From Eledone cirrhosa (taxonomy: Eukaryota), in assembly GCA_964016885.1 (NCBI GenBank), contig OZ024741.1, positions 13,888,001-13,952,000 on the forward strand: a DNA stretch of 64,000 nt, in the 5' to 3' direction. The notes beneath the pieces were generated by a model. It was not told where the DNA came from, did not search any database, and saw only the letters and a program-made list of their open reading frames with translations. The first letter of the stretch is position 1, and every line of letters starts with the position of its first letter. Below, piece by piece: positions 39,051 through 53,852 of this stretch. A program made the position numbers and the translations under genes.

Positions 39051-39149
39051 AAGTTATCTGCATAAATCTACATCTAGATATAAATAAAGATAATATAAAT
39101 GTAGATAACTATAGGTGTATATGCATGTATGTATGTATGTATTACATAT

Positions 39150-39187
<38 letters not shown>

Positions 39188-39193
<6 letters not shown>

Positions 39194-39566
39194 TAAACGG
39201 AAAAGAAAATGCTGACAAATTGTTCCCAGTGAAAAATAGTTTAATTAGGAATAAGTAAAAATTAGTAATAGTATTGGTTAGTATTCAGTTTTGGTTTTAA
39301 GTTTTACCGGTTCCGCATTTCTAATGCTTTTCAAAAATAAGATTAGAGGAAACATCACGGGCGCTCTATCTCAAAATGATTTTTGAAAAGCATTAGAAAT
39401 GCGCAACCGGTAAAACTTAAAACCAAAACTGAATTCTAACCAATACTATTACTAATTTTTACTTATTTCTAATTAAACTATTTTTCACTGGGAACAATTT
39501 GTCAGCATTTTCTTTTCCGTTTACCAATATATCATAACTCGTGTGTTACACTTCTATTCTTTTAAA
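39188..39566. mobile_element. PLE family F fold-back (~150-bp arms) with tail
   Basis: 39188-39338 is inverted at 39379-39530; tail to ~39566. Confidence 0.8.
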
Positions 39567-39760
39567 TATATTTATATATATATATTTATATATATATATA
39601 TATAAATTTTAGTACAGCATTAACGAAGCTTTAGCTCTCGGCCAAGCTAACGAATACAAATTCGGTCTGTAACTTTAGCACTCGGATGGGGAAAAGTACC
39701 CCAGAGTAATAACAATACGTTTAGACAGCTTTGCAAATCAAATATAGCGATCGGCAGTCC

Positions 39761-39793
<33 letters not shown>

Positions 39794-40439
39794 TATATAC
39801 ATACATACCTACCTATATCTAAGTAGATATAAATATATAGATACAGACAGATGTATGCAAATCACAACAAATAGCTTGACAAATGAAAGCGAGATATGTT
39901 TTGAGATTCCTGAATCACATCTCATGTTTGGTTGATGTCTACTCAAAATCATTGATGGACAATCATTGTTAATAAGTTTAACAAACGATATAATATATAT
40001 ATATATATATATACACACCCATGCTAGTGTGGAAGATGGACGTTAAATGATGATGATATTTATATATATTCATGCCTTTGTATGTTTTTTTAATATACAT
40101 ATATTATCAATATATATATATATATTAATACATATATTTATGTATACATTTAATATATATGCATACATATCTTTATTATTAATATACATACTTTTTAATA
40201 CATATATAATGCATGTTCATATTTGTGTATACATTATACATTATATATACAATATATTAGCATACATATCTTTATTTTTTATATACATCCTTTTTAATAC
40301 ATATGTAATGCATGTATATTATATATATATATATATATATTCAGATGCCGATGCATGCATAATCGCTTGCACTATGTATATTTTATATATTTTTTAATAT
40401 ATATACATGTTCAGGCACAAATATTTTTTCTCTATGTGC

Positions 40440-40470
<31 letters not shown>

Positions 40471-40835
40471 GTAAAATGGCTTTTGTATTTATCTCTTGTG
40501 TTAACAGTGGCCAGAGATAGATACACAAAGGCCAAGTGATATGTACACACACATTAATATATATATATATATATACACTCAAACTTGGCCATTCTGTCAT
40601 TGAGTCAGTTCTGTACAAAAGACCAATCAATCATGTTTCAGTACAGAGAATTAATCTCTGTGTGTGCATGTGTCCCTGTGTGTGTATATATATATATATA
40701 TCTGTATCTCTGTATGTATTGTATATATGTATAGATTATGTGTGTGATATTTTTCTGCTATTTATAAGGTCTGTTGTACTGAACAATGATTGAAAGACAT
40801 TGAAAGCTATAGACGGTGAGCTGTCATGTCCAGTA

Positions 40836-43710
40836 AGTGGTAGTGTTGATGGCGGCAGTTGTGGTGGTCTTGGTGGTGGTAGTGGTGGTCTTGGTGGTGG
40901 TAGTGTTGATGGCGGCAGTTGTGGTGGTCTTGGTGGTGGTAGTGGTGGTCTTGGTGGTGGTAGTGTTGATGGCGGCAGTTGTGGTGGTCTTGGTGGTGGT
41001 AGTGGTGGTCTTGGCGGTGGTAGTGGTGGTCTTGGCGGTGGTAGTGGTGGTCTTGGTGGTGGTAGTGGTGGTCTTGGCGGTGGTAGTGGTGGTCTTGGCG
41101 GTGGTAGTGGTGGTCTTGGTGGTGGTAGTGGTGGTCTTGGCGGTGGTAGTGGTGGTCTTGGTGGTGGTAGTGGTGGTCTTGGTGGTGGTAGTGGTGGTCT
41201 AGGTGGTGGTAGTGGTGGTCTTGGCGGTGGTAGTGGTGGTCTTGGTGGTGGTAGTGGTGGTCTTGGCGGTGGTAGTGGTGGTCTTGGTGGTGGTAGTGGT
41301 GGTCTTGGTGGTGGTAGTGGTGGTCTAGGTGGTGGTAGTGGTGGTCTTGGCGGTGGTAGTGGTGGTCTTGGCGGTGGTAGTGGTGGTCTTGGTGGTGGTA
41401 GTGGTGGCCTTGGCGGTGGTAGTGGTGGTCTTGGTGGTGGTAGTGTTGATGGTGGCAGTTGTGGTGGTCTTGGTGGTGGTAGTGGTGGTCTTGGTGGTGG
41501 TAGTGTTGATGGCGGCAGTTGTGGTGGTCTTGGTGGTGGTAGTGGTGGTCTTGGTGGTGGTAGTGTTGATGGCGGCAGTTGTGGTGGTCTTGGTGGTGGT
41601 AGTGGTGGTCTTGGTGGTGGTAGTGTTGATGGCGGCAGTTGTGGTGGTCTTGGTGGTGGTAGTGGTGGTCTTGGTGGTGGTAGTGTTGATGGCGGCAGTT
41701 GTGGTGGTCTTGGCGGTGGTAGTGGTGGTCTTGGTGGTGGTAGTGTTGATGGCGGCAGTTGTGGTGGTCTTGGTGGTGGTAGTGGTGGTCTTGGTGGTGG
41801 TAGTGTTGATGGCGGCAGTTGTGGTGGTCTTGGCGGTGGTAGTGGTGGTCTTGGTGGTGGTAGTGTTGATGGCGGCAGTTGTGGTGGTCTTGGCGGTGGT
41901 AGTGGTGGTCTTGGTGGTGGTAGTGGTGGTCTTGGTGGTGGTAGTGGTGGTCTAGGTGGTGGTAGTGGTGGTCTTGGTGGTGGTAGTGGTGGTCTTGGCG
42001 GTGGTAGTGGTGGTCTTGGTGGTGGTAGTGGTGGTCTTGGTGGTGGTAGTGGTGGTCTTGGTGGTGGTAGTGGTGGTCTTGGTGGTGGTAGTGGTGGTCT
42101 TGGTGGTGGTAGTGGTGGTCTTGGTGGTGGTAGTGGTGGTCTTGGCGGTGGTAGTGGTGGTCTTGGTGGTGGTAGTGGTGGTCTTGGTGGTGGTAGTGGT
42201 GGTCTAGGTGGTCTTGGCGGTGGTAGTGGTGGTCTTGGCGGTGGTAGTGGTGGTCTTGGTGGTGGTAGTGGTGGTCTTGGTGGTGGTAGTGGTGGTCTTG
42301 GTGGTGGTAGTGGTGGTCTTGGTGGTGGTAGTGGTGGTCTTGGCGGTGGTAGTGGTGGTCTTGGTGGTGGTAGTGGTGGTCTTGGTGGTGGTAGTGGTGG
42401 TCTAGGTGGTGGTAGTGGTGGTCTTGGCGGTGGTAGTGGTGGTCTTGGCGGTGGTAGTGGTGGTCTTGGTGGTGGTAGTGGTGGCCTTGGCGGTGGTAGT
42501 GGTGGTCTTGGTGGTGGTAGTGTTGATGGTGGCAGTTGTGGTGGTCTTGGTGGTGGTAGTGGTGGTCTTGGCGGTGGTAGTGGTGGTCTTGGTGGTGGTA
42601 GTGGTGGTCTTGGCGGTGGTAGTGGTGGTCTTGGTGGTGGTAGTGGTGGTCTTGGCGGTGGTAGTGGTGGTCTTGGTGGTGGTAGTGGTGGTCTTGGTGG
42701 TGGTAGTGGTGGTCTTGGTGGTGGTAGTGGTGGTCTTGGCGGTGGTAGTGGTGGTCTTGGCGGTGGTAGTGGTGGTCTTGGTGGTGGTAGTGTTGATGGT
42801 GGCAGTTGTGGTGGTCTTGGTGGTGGTAGTGATGGTCTTGGCGGTGGTAGTGGTGGTCTTGGTGGTGGTAGTGGTGGTCTTGGTGGTGGTAGTGGTGGTC
42901 TAGGTGGTGGTAGTGGTGGTCTTGGCGGTGGTAGTGGTGGTCTTGGCGGTGGTAGTGGTGGTCTTGGCGGTGGTAGTGGTGGTCTTGGCGGTGGTAGTGG
43001 TGGTCTTGGTGGTGGTAGTGGTGGTCTTGGCGGTGGTAGTGGTGGTCTTGGTGGCAGTTGTGGTGGTCTTGGTGGTGGTAGTGGTGGTCTTGGTGGTGGT
43101 AGTGGTGGTCTTGGTGGTGGTAGTGGTGGTCTTGGCGGTGGTAGTGGTGGTCTTGGTGGTGGTAGTGGTGGTCTTGGTGGTGGTAGTGGTGGTCTTGGTG
43201 GTGGTAGTGTTGATGGTGGCAGTTGTGGTGGTCTTGGTGGTGGTAGTGGTGGTCTTGGTGGTGGTAGTGGTGGTCTTGGCGGTGGTAGTGGTGGTCTTGG
43301 TGGTGGTAGTGGGGGTCTTGGTGGTGGTAGTGGTGGTCTTGGTGGTGGTAGTGGTGGTCTTGGCGGTGGTAGTGGTGGTCTTGGTGGTGGTAGTGGTGGT
43401 CTTGGCGGTGGTAGTGGTGGTCTTGGTGGTGGTAGTGGTGGTCTTGGCGGTGGTAGTGGTGGTCTTGGTGGCAGTTGTGGTGGTCTTGGTGGTGGTAGTG
43501 GTGGTCTTGGCGGTGGTAGTGGTGGTCTTGGCGGTGGTAGTGGTGGTCTTGGTGGTGGTAGTGGTGGTCTTGGCGGTGGTAGTGGTGGTCTTGGTGGCAG
43601 TTGTGGTGGTCTTGGTGGTGGTAGTGGTGGTCTTGGCGGTGGTAGTGGTGGTCTTGGTGGCAGTTGTGGTGGTCTTGGTGGTGGTAGTGGTGGTCTTGGT
43701 GGTGGTAGTC
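40836..43710. repeat. 21-bp minisatellite GGTGGTGGTAGTGGTGGTCTT with 60-bp higher-order variant
   Basis: Direct reading, ~2.9 kb. Confidence 0.95.
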
Positions 43711-43785
43711 TTGTTAATATGTATATATGTATATATATAATGTATATAGATATATGTATATATATAATGTATATATATACATATA

Positions 43786-44124
43786 TCATTTCATTCATTT
43801 CATTTTACGTCCACTTTTCCCTGCTTGCAAGGGTGGGACGGGAACTGATTCTGGCTTGATTTCTACAGCTGGATGCCCTTCCTAACACCAACCTCATTTA
43901 CAGTGAGTGCTGGGTGCTTTTTTTCCGTGGCACCTCCACGACCACTTCAAAGTGGAATGAAGGGCACCCCAGTCCCTATCATCTCATTTCTACAGTTGAG
44001 TAAACTGGAGCAATGTGAAATAAATTGTCTTGCTCAAGGAACAACAGATCACCCGGTCTGAGAATTGAACTCACAACCTTACGATTCCATGGCCAATGCT
44101 CTAACCACTAACCCATGCGCCTCC
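43786..44124 (-). mobile_element. tRNA-derived SINE with RTE tail
   Basis: Homologous to 60537-60914. Confidence 0.85.
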
Positions 44125-44204
44125 ATATATATATATACATCTTGCAAGCAGGGAAAAGCGGACGTAAAATGATGATGATGATGATGATGATGATATATAT
44201 ATAT

Positions 44205-44803
44205 CATCATCATCATCATCATCACCGTTTTACGTCCGTTCTTCCACGCTAGCATGGGTTAGACGGGTTGTCCTGTTATGGGCAGTGTCTGGTCGGCTGA
44301 CCATGCCTTGCTCATACAGGAACTGATCTGGCTTGATTTCTACAGCTGGATGCCCTTCCTAACACCAACCTCATTTACAGTGAGTGCTGGGTGCTTTTTC
44401 GTGACGCCTACACATCCACTTTACAGTGTGGGCTGGGTGCTTTTTTTGCCGTGGCACCTCCACGACCACCTTGCGGTGGGGGGAGTGGGGGCATATTGTT
44501 TATATGCTTCAGCATGTACCCATGGGAGGTCGTGTACCCTGTATTACTGCGTGACGCCAGAAGTCACGGTCGTGTGTCATTGTCTTTGAGAGGTGTAGTT
44601 GGGTAAGGTCGGCTTTTATCACCTCATCCCAAGTCATCTTGGGTCTCCCCACTCCGCGGTTTCCATCAACTTGTAGTGCTCTGCACCTTTTTATGCAGCT
44701 GTCATCCTTCATACGCATCAAATGTCCATACCAGCGTAACCGCCTCTCCTGCACGCAGCATTTGATTCCTCTTATGCTCAGTCTCTCTCTCAATTCCTTT
44801 ATG

Positions 44804-44806
<3 letters not shown>
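44205..44806 (-). mobile_element. RTE family B 3' fragment
   Basis: RRLRWYGH..GRPKMTW plus 3' UTR. Confidence 0.9.
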
Positions 44807-44885
<79 letters not shown>

Positions 44886-45537
44886 TATTAAGATGTATAA
44901 ACTTGACATAACTATTATCATCTTATATTCTCTCAACTAATCACATTTGATTATATTTCTCTATCCCGTTTTCTCCCCCATATTTATAATATTTTTATTT
45001 GAAAAAATCATTTTTTTTTTACATTGTGTTTTCCCCTTCAAATACTTGCTTATATTTCTTTATATATTCTCTATATATTTTTTTAATATATATTTTTTAT
45101 CTTTATTCTTATTTTCACTTTTATCCTCCTTTATATTTTACCTTATTCTTACTTTTATACCTTATTATAGTGTAATCTTCCCCATGCCTTATTATACATT
45201 ATTAATTATAGATTATTATTATTATTACTCTTTTTCCATTTCTAATTACCTCATGTACTTTCTCCCCCGTTATATATATATTGTATGCCCTTTGTGTGTG
45301 TGTAGCCTCTGCACACCCTCTGCACCCTACTATCGAAGCCACCCCATCTATGGCTCAACTAACCACTCGACTCCTGGGAATGAATATGACCGCAGCTAGT
45401 AAACAAGGACCCACACCCCACCCTCCCGCACCAAAATTAGACTTATCGTCCCCTACTTTTGCTCTTTACTCTATTTACTCTTTGTTCTTGAATGTTTGGT
45501 TGGTAGAGTCCATAACACCAATCAAACCCCTTTTATA

Positions 45538-45582
45538 GCTCTGAAGAATCCTACGGTTACGTAAGGAAGAAACATTGTAAGC
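45538..45582 (+). ncRNA. Type I minimal hammerhead ribozyme near the 3' end of a TA-flanked element (~44880-45628)
   Basis: GCT-CTGAAGA-A-TCCTACG-GTTA-CGTAAGGA-A-GAAAC-ATT-GTA-AGC, followed by AATAAA. Confidence 0.7.
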
Positions 45583-45805
45583 CAATAAAAATCTTTTGAT
45601 GTTGTAGACGCTCTTGTGTTCTTTTTCATATATATATATATATATATATATTTACATATATATATATTTACATATATATATATTTACATATATATATATA
45701 TTTACATATATATATATATATGTATACATATATATATCTATACATATATATATATATACACACACATATATATATATATACACATATATATATATATACA
45801 CACAC

Positions 45806-45870
<65 letters not shown>

Positions 45871-45871
<1 letters not shown>

Positions 45872-46316
45872 GCAAAAGTTCTATTTAAAATTGTTGGGAT
45901 ACAAGTAAATATTTTTATAACTGATATAAAGCACTCGACAAGTATTTGGAGTAGATATACGATATTAATAAATGGAAACTATATTTATAAAACCATATTT
46001 ATTTCATTATACATATTTCAGGGATACCAAATTAAATTATGGTATGCCTTCATCAGACAAAATACAATATATAACAGTTTTACAAATAAGCACTATGACT
46101 TACTTATTAAAGTTATATAAACAATTCACTATCCGGATGACTTCCAAAAACAATGGTTGCATTTTAATAGGGTACGTCAAAGCTTATTTGTAAAACTGTT
46201 ATATATTGTATTTTGTCTGATGAAGGCATACCATAATTTAATTTGTTATCCCTGAAATATGTATAATGAAATAAATATGGTTTTATAAATATAGTTTCCA
46301 TTTATTAATATCGTAT
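45871..46316. mobile_element. PLE-like family D fold-back (~135-bp arms) with ~85-nt tail
   Basis: 45956-46091 is inverted at 46182-46316; CTGATGA..GAAA core in both arms. Confidence 0.8.
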
Positions 46317-46384
46317 ATGTATATATATATATATACACACACACATATATATATATATATGTATACATATATATATATATATAT

Positions 46385-46559
<175 letters not shown>

Positions 46560-46560
46560 C

Positions 46561-46591
<31 letters not shown>

Positions 46592-46602
46592 AATATATAT
46601 AT

Positions 46603-46679
<77 letters not shown>

Positions 46680-46737
46680 TATCTATATATATGTCATCAT
46701 CATTTTTCATCATTCCGCTTTTGTATATATATATATT

Positions 46738-46802
<65 letters not shown>

Positions 46803-46859
46803 CCCATGCTAGCGTGGAAGATAGATGTTAAACGATGATGATGATGATGATATATATAT

Positions 46860-46990
46860 AGGTGCATGGCTGAGTTAGTGACGGCACGTGGTTGGAGTGG
46901 TTAGAGAAATGGATTCACAATAATGAGGTTGTGAGTTCGATTCCCAGGCCAGGCGATGCATTTTGTCCTTTATTTCACGTTGCTCCTTCT
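46860..46990 (+). mobile_element. Decayed tRNA-derived SINE head
   Basis: AGTGGTTAGA..GAGTTCGATTCC. Confidence 0.6.
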
Positions 46991-47790
46991 ACCTGGAGTT
47001 GCGACCGATAGATAGTATTAGCAATTGGCAAGACCAACGGAAACATTGTTTCCTCGGTCCGATTTGACGAAAGTCGATCGACTTTGATATCTATATATAT
47101 GTCATCAATACCACTATAGAAAATAGATAGAAAGACAGGCATGGTGTGTGTTTTAGGAATTTGCTAGGTTACCAGTTATTTCTGTTTCCAGTTCCTCTGA
47201 AATAAGTGACTAATGGCAATGTTTAGTGGAATTTGGTAGATGGAAACTCATTGTGTTTATATCCCCTATAACCTAGTAGTATGTCAAACAAGAGATTGAT
47301 AAAATAAGTATTGAACTTGAAGAAATATGTGCTGGAGTCAATAGGATTGACTTAATGACGGCAGTGCTGCTACATGGCTGTACTCTACTGACAGAAATAA
47401 GTAAAATAGACCAGCATGTGACTGTTGAGACCCTGACTAGTGCTGTTAGTGGGATTGCCCCACCTCAGATGTTTTCTTGGTGCCCTGGGGGTAATCTAAT
47501 AACACTACAAAAGATGCCTTAGTCTGGTTCACCAATCTCAAACTGTCTCTCTTACCATTCAGAATGTCAGACGACAACAAGAAGTAAAATAGTAAAAGAA
47601 TAGATACAATTTATTTCAGATTGAAATGGTTTCTACAAGACTAGAACTGTTTCATCTGTTTGAAATCATTCCAGGTGATTTTAAGCAAGTGAAACAGTTT
47701 TAGTCTTAACTTTCTACTGCTTAGTGTAGTATTGAGTTTTCTATTTTATGGTTTTCTCATCCTGTTCCTCTACAGAAAACCATGTTTTAC

Positions 47791-48270
47791 CTATATACAT
47801 GTGTGTGTGTGTGTCTGTATATACATGTGTGTGTGTGTGTCTGTATATACATGTGTGTGTGTCTGTATATACATGTGTGTGTGTGTCTGTATATACATGT
47901 GTGTGTGTCTGTATATACATGTGTGTGTGTGTCTGTATATACATGTGTGTGTGTCTGTATATACATGTGTGTGTATATACATTGTGTGTGTGTATATATA
48001 CATGTGTGTGTGTCTGTATATACATGTGTGTGTGTGTCTGTATATACATGTGTGTATGTGTCTATATACATGTCTGTGTGTATATACATGTGTGTGTGTG
48101 TGTCTATATACATGTGTGTGTGTGTCTATATACATGTGTGTGTGTGTGTGTGTCTATATACATGTGTGTGTGTGTGTGTGTGTGTCTATATACATGTGTG
48201 TGTGTGTGTCTGTATATACATGTGTGTCTGTATATACATGTGTGTGTGTGTCTATATACATGTGTGTGTG
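47791..48270. repeat. ~22-bp satellite CTGTATATACAT(GT)n
   Basis: Direct reading. Confidence 0.9.
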
Positions 48271-48530
48271 CAGTTGGTAGAGCATGGAACAAACTCCCTC
48301 CATCAGTTGTTAGCTGTTGGGTCATTTCATCCTTCAAAACCTCCATGCTTCCTGAGATCCACCAACACTACCCCTGATATCCCCCTCCACACACACATGT
48401 GTCTGTGTGTATATCATAACTCATACACTGTTCACTTTCCTAACTTTTGTATATTATTCTGTGTACTATACATGCACCTTTGATGAGTTGTAGTGCACCT
48501 GAACACTGTACACAATTTTTATTATTATTT
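48271..48530 (+). mobile_element. CR1 3' end fragment
   Basis: Homologous to 36570-36830 (AWNKLP motif; tgatgagttgtagtgcacctg). Confidence 0.75.
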
Positions 48531-48704
48531 AATTCTATGTGTGTCTGTAAATGTATGTATATATTATTAGCACAGATTAAAACTTAAAGCAAACAATTTC
48601 TGCTTTCCCCTCTAAAGTGTGTATGTATATATCCATATATGTGCTGGGGTCAATAGGATTGACTTAATGAAGGCAGTGCTGCTATATGGCTGTACTCTAC
48701 TGAG

Positions 48705-48960
48705 AGTAGCACAGAGGAGACTGAGGTTAGCTGGACATGCTCACTGACATCCAGAGTTGACACTGCACTCAGTGCTCCCGTGGGAGCCCCTGCATGGACA
48801 CACTGGAAGAGGAAGACCAAGGTTAACATATGTTCATGCCCTAAGGACAGACACTGGTCTCTTGGAGATGCAGGACATGGCAGCGATAATGAGAGACAGA
48901 GACCGCTGGAGAGAACTCGTCCATGGATCTCGGGAATTTTATCCACCCTAGATAGATGAA
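48705..48960 (+). mobile_element. Old RTE-type LINE C-terminal fragment
   Basis: RRLRLAGH..WEP..RGRPRLTY..DTGL..MRDRDRW. Confidence 0.7.
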
Positions 48961-49458
48961 AATGGATGAAGTGTTAAGTTTTCATTACGTTTATTATTTA
49001 ATGAAGTGTGACATGTGTTTCGCAATTGATCAGCTGAAGGCCCAACTCTGGAATTAAAAGCTCGTCGGACTACTGGAAACTACACATCGAGTATCACAGC
49101 TTTATTAATAAAGGACTTTCAAACACACTGAACTTTGCATTTTCCTTATATATGCAAGAAGTAAATGGAAACATCAAAGCAAACTACACAGTACAACAAA
49201 GAAATATATTAGTTTAACACTTGATAGAGTAGGAAAAGAGTCTGCATGTTTCAGGCATTAGTCCTTCATCAGAAGATAGAATGAGATAAAAGACAAAATA
49301 GAAAGATAGAAAGTGGGAAGAGGAAGGAAGAGAAATACTGTTTTTTGACAAAAAACGTGTATATATGTGTATATATGTGTATATACGTGTATATATGTGT
49401 ATATACGTGTACATACGTGTATATATGTGTATATATGTGTATATATGTGTATATACGT

Positions 49459-49935
49459 TATGGACATGTGATGCATATGAAGGATGACAGCTGCATAAAA
49501 AGGTCCAGAGCACTAGAAGTCAATGGAAGTCGTGGAGTGGGGAGACCCAAGAAGACCTGGGATGAGGTGATAAAAGCCGACCTTACCCACCAATTGCACC
49601 TCTCAAGGGTGATGACACACGACCGTCACCTCTGGCGTCACACAGTAATACAGAAGACCCACAGGAACAAGCTGTAGCTGAAGCATATAGACAGTATGCC
49701 TCCACTCCCCTCCCACTGTAAAGTGGGAGGGGAGGTGCCACAGCAGAAAAGCACCCAGCACTCACTGTAAATGAGGTTGGTGTTAGGAAGGGCATCCAGC
49801 TGTAGAAATCAAGCCAGAATCAGTTCCTGTATGAGCAAGACAAGGTCAGCCGACCGGACACTGCCCACAACAGGACAACCCGTCTAACCCATGCTAGCTT
49901 GGAAGAACGGACGTAAAACGGTGATGATGATGATG
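49459..49935 (+). mobile_element. RTE family B-like 3' fragment
   Basis: YGHVMHMKDDSCIK..GRPKKTW; (GAT)n tail. Confidence 0.88.
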
Positions 49936-50321
49936 ATATACACATATATGGAGTGTCTGCAGTACAAAGACTGGCATGACCACAAATCAGAGTAGGACTC
50001 AATACATGCAGAGATGCAGGGTGGGTATATTAATGAGATCTGACTGTGAGCTCTGGGGTGTGTGTATATATTTATAGGGAGGGAGAGAACTAACCCCTTA
50101 GTTATGCCTGTGTGTGTATATATATATATGTGTGTAACCCATGCTAGCGTGGAAGATAGACGTTAAACGACGATGATGATGATGATGTATATTTATTTGT
50201 ATCAATTGGAAAGACCAATGGAAACATTGTTTCCTCGGTCCGAATCGACGAGCTCCACCCCACTCATTAAGCAAATGAGGTCTGGGATCTTGTCTTGTTG
50301 ATAATTATATATATATATATA

Positions 50322-50778
50322 CATCATCATCATCATCATCATCATCACCGTTTTACGTCCGTTCTTCCACGCTAGCATGGGTTAGACGGGTTGTCCTGTT
50401 GTGGGCAGTGTCTGGTCGGCTGACCATGCCTTGCTCATACAGGAACTGATCTGGCTTGATTTCTACAGCTGGATGCCCTTCCTAACACCAACCTCATTTA
50501 CAGTGAGTGCTGGGTGCTTTTTCGTGGCGCCTACACGTCCACTTTACAGTGTGGGCTGGGTGCTTTTTTGCCGTGGCACCTCCACGACCACCTTGCGGTG
50601 GGGGGGGGGGCATATTGTTTATATGCTTCAGCATGTACCCATGGGAGGTCGGGTACCCTGTATTACTGCGTGACGCCAGAAGTCACGGTCGTGTGTCATT
50701 GACTTTGAGAGGTGTAGTTGGGTAAGGTCGGCTTTTATCACCTCATCCCAAGTCATCTTGGGTCTCCCCACTCCGCGG
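50322..50778 (-). mobile_element. RTE family B 3' fragment
   Basis: Near-identical to 26541-26990. Confidence 0.9.
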
Positions 50779-50788
50779 TCTATATATA

Positions 50789-50857
<69 letters not shown>

Positions 50858-51650
50858 ATATGTGTGTGTCTATGTATGTGTGTATATATGTATGTGTGTA
50901 TATATGTATGTGTATATATATATGTATGTGTATATATATATATATATATGTATAGATATGTATGTATATATCTATATATCTTTATTTATATATGTATATA
51001 TATATATATACATATGGCTATGCTTGTATGTATAAGTATGTAGTGTCTATGTTTGTGTATATATATTTATATATATTTATACACACTACATTATGCATGC
51101 ATATATGCACACATATATACATACCCCCCACCTGCCCCTTTAGTTTCAAAGCTGACAAAAAACAAGAGAGGGAATCAGCAGACCCCCCCCCCCCCGTAGC
51201 CCTAGATGGACCCAGCACAGACCCCAACCTAGACAGTAATTAGAGCCTAACATCCTTCATTGTCACCGGCCCTTTATAGTCAATGCTGACTGCTTCATTA
51301 TCTTAATGACCCCTACTCTATAATGATAGCTATTATAGCCTCTAGAGTTCACTGGAGCTGCATATATCAACACACCATATACACATATGTGTGTGTGTAT
51401 ATATATATATATATATCTGTATGTATATGCACGTGTGTATGTGTGTGTGTATATATATACATATACATATAGACATATATAAATATATATATATATATAC
51501 ATATATATATAAATATATATGTATGTGTATGTATGTATAATGTGTTTATATATACACACATACACTATATATATATAGATATATACATATAGACATATAT
51601 GTATGTGTATAATGTGTTTATATATATACACACATACACTATATATAGAC

Positions 51651-51681
<31 letters not shown>

Positions 51682-53095
51682 TAGACTCATATAAACTCTC
51701 ATGTTTGTTTTGATACTATATATATAGGTGTGTGTGTGGTTTATATATATATATATAATATACACACACACTTTCCACATACTTATGTATATTCAGTCAT
51801 TACAAACAGGCAGAGCTTATTTTGTCTCTCACATATCCTTATATGTTAGACACACACGGCAAAAGTAACAAAAATATCCAACACTATCACCAGCCCCACC
51901 ATGACGACAACCTCCAGCCCCACCATGAATACAACCTCCAGCCCCATCATGAAGACAACCCCCCCCCCTCCATCACAACGGCCACCAAAATAATGTTCAT
52001 AGAAAACAGTTCCTGGTTGTTGAAGCATCAAAGTTTGTTAAGCACATTACTATTTATCTACCTCTTTAAATACCCTGTCCCCTCCGACACACCATCCTTA
52101 TATATATATATATATATATGTATATCGTTATATATGTATATCGTTATATTTATATACATTGTTATATTTGTGGATGATCATGTTGCCAATATTGCCAATA
52201 GAAAGAAACACACACCATATAATTTTTACTTAATCTTTATTGTTTGTTATTCATTTGTTTATCAAAGTTCTTTCGTCACACATTCTGTGACCTCTTCAAT
52301 GATTATCTATTTTGTGCCTCTTCATTCTCCTGGTCCATCTTGTCTTTGTTTTCTTGTGCATTTTTTTGTGTTTCATGTCTGATCATGAATTTGTGCCTGC
52401 ATCTGTATGTGTGTGTTTTCTGTTTGTCATGTCTATGTTTTATGTATGTGTGTTGGTTTTGTATCTTTTACTGTTTGTGTCTTTTTTTTTTTGTATGCCT
52501 TCATTCTGTCTTCAGCCATTAAGTTGTGGGTTGTCACTATTCCACTTGTGTCTTCTGTTCAGGCTAGGACTATTTTCTGTTATGTGGCCTCTGTAATTTG
52601 TCTGAGTGTTGCCTCAGTTTTGTGCAGTAATAACAGTTGATCATTACAACAAATAGTTGAATAGTTTGGTAAATTATCGTTAGAGGAGGAAATCCAATAG
52701 ACAGAGGTTCCTATGATGAAGTGACTCTATCCACTCTTTACAGCGGCAACAGTACTTTACTCAGTTTTCTCAACTATTATTTATTGTGATTGACTGTTAT
52801 TACAGCTATTTTCTGTATTTGGGACACTCACATTTTCAACACCACACCATCATCACTTCCACCACTCTCTTTCCCCTCTCCATCCTCCACTCACACCTTA
52901 ATTTTCCACACATACCACTCTCCCAATACGTCCTCCACTCCCCCACCAGACTCTATTCACACCACATTCCTCCTCCTCATCTCCCCCTCACACCTCCTCT
53001 ATCCCCCATTCAGTCTCCCCCATCACTTACACCTCACTAATTGCACCTCATTATCTCAACTTAACCACAAATAAAACAATAACAACTACTTTGAT

Positions 53096-53450
53096 GTGTG
53101 TGGTGGTGGTGGTGGTGGTGGTGGTGGTGGTACGAGTGGTGATGGTGGTAGTGGTGATGGTGGTAGTGGTGGTGGTGGTGGTGGTGGTGGTACGAGTGGT
53201 GGTGGTACGAGTGGTGGTGGTAGTGGTGGTGGTGGTACGAGTGGTGGTGGTACGAGTGGTGGTGGTGGTGGTGGTACGAGTGGTGGCGGTGGTAGTAGTA
53301 GTGGTGATGATGGTGGTGGAGTAGTGTTAGTGTTGCTGGTGGTGGTAGTGTTGGTGATAGCAGTGTGGTGGAGATGGTGATAGCAGGGGTAGAGGTGATA
53401 GAGTTGATGATGGTGGCAGGGTGGTGTTGGTGATGGAGTATAGTAGTGGG
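53096..53450. repeat. (GGT)n-type low-complexity tract
   Basis: Direct reading. Confidence 0.85.
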
Positions 53451-53813
53451 ATGTGATGCTAGAGAAGTGATGCAGACATGTTTCTAGTATCAATATATGT
53501 AGGACTTTAGCCTAGATTTATGTAACTGATGATGATGATGATATATTATATATCATTTTACAGCTGTCTTTCCATATATATATTGGTGTAATGGTAGCAC
53601 AGTGGTCTGGATAACCAAAGATGTGGGTTCGACTCCCATGTACGGCAACACTCATCTTTTTCCATTTCTCCGAGGGTTATAAACCCCACTATCAGGCTAG
53701 AAAATTTCTTTAGTCTAAAATACGGTGAAAGCTTATAATTTCTAATTTCTAATTTCAAACTCGCGCACCATTTCAAAAAACATACTTACATGTTTACATT
53801 TATAATTTGCTTG

Positions 53814-53849
<36 letters not shown>

Positions 53850-53852
<3 letters not shown>

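Noticed and set aside
40769-40832. Possible exon (ag|...|gtaagt) before the minisatellite
   Set aside because: Stops in all three frames from that acceptor, and no INPP5A similarity.
40736-43798. 1020-aa extensin/formin-like proline-rich ORF as a gene
   Set aside because: Pure minisatellite; the start lies in a SINE tail/TA tract and there are no unique domains.
53575-53650. tRNA-like sequence with A and B boxes
   Set aside because: No convincing full cloverleaf; probably a SINE head or tRNA pseudogene.
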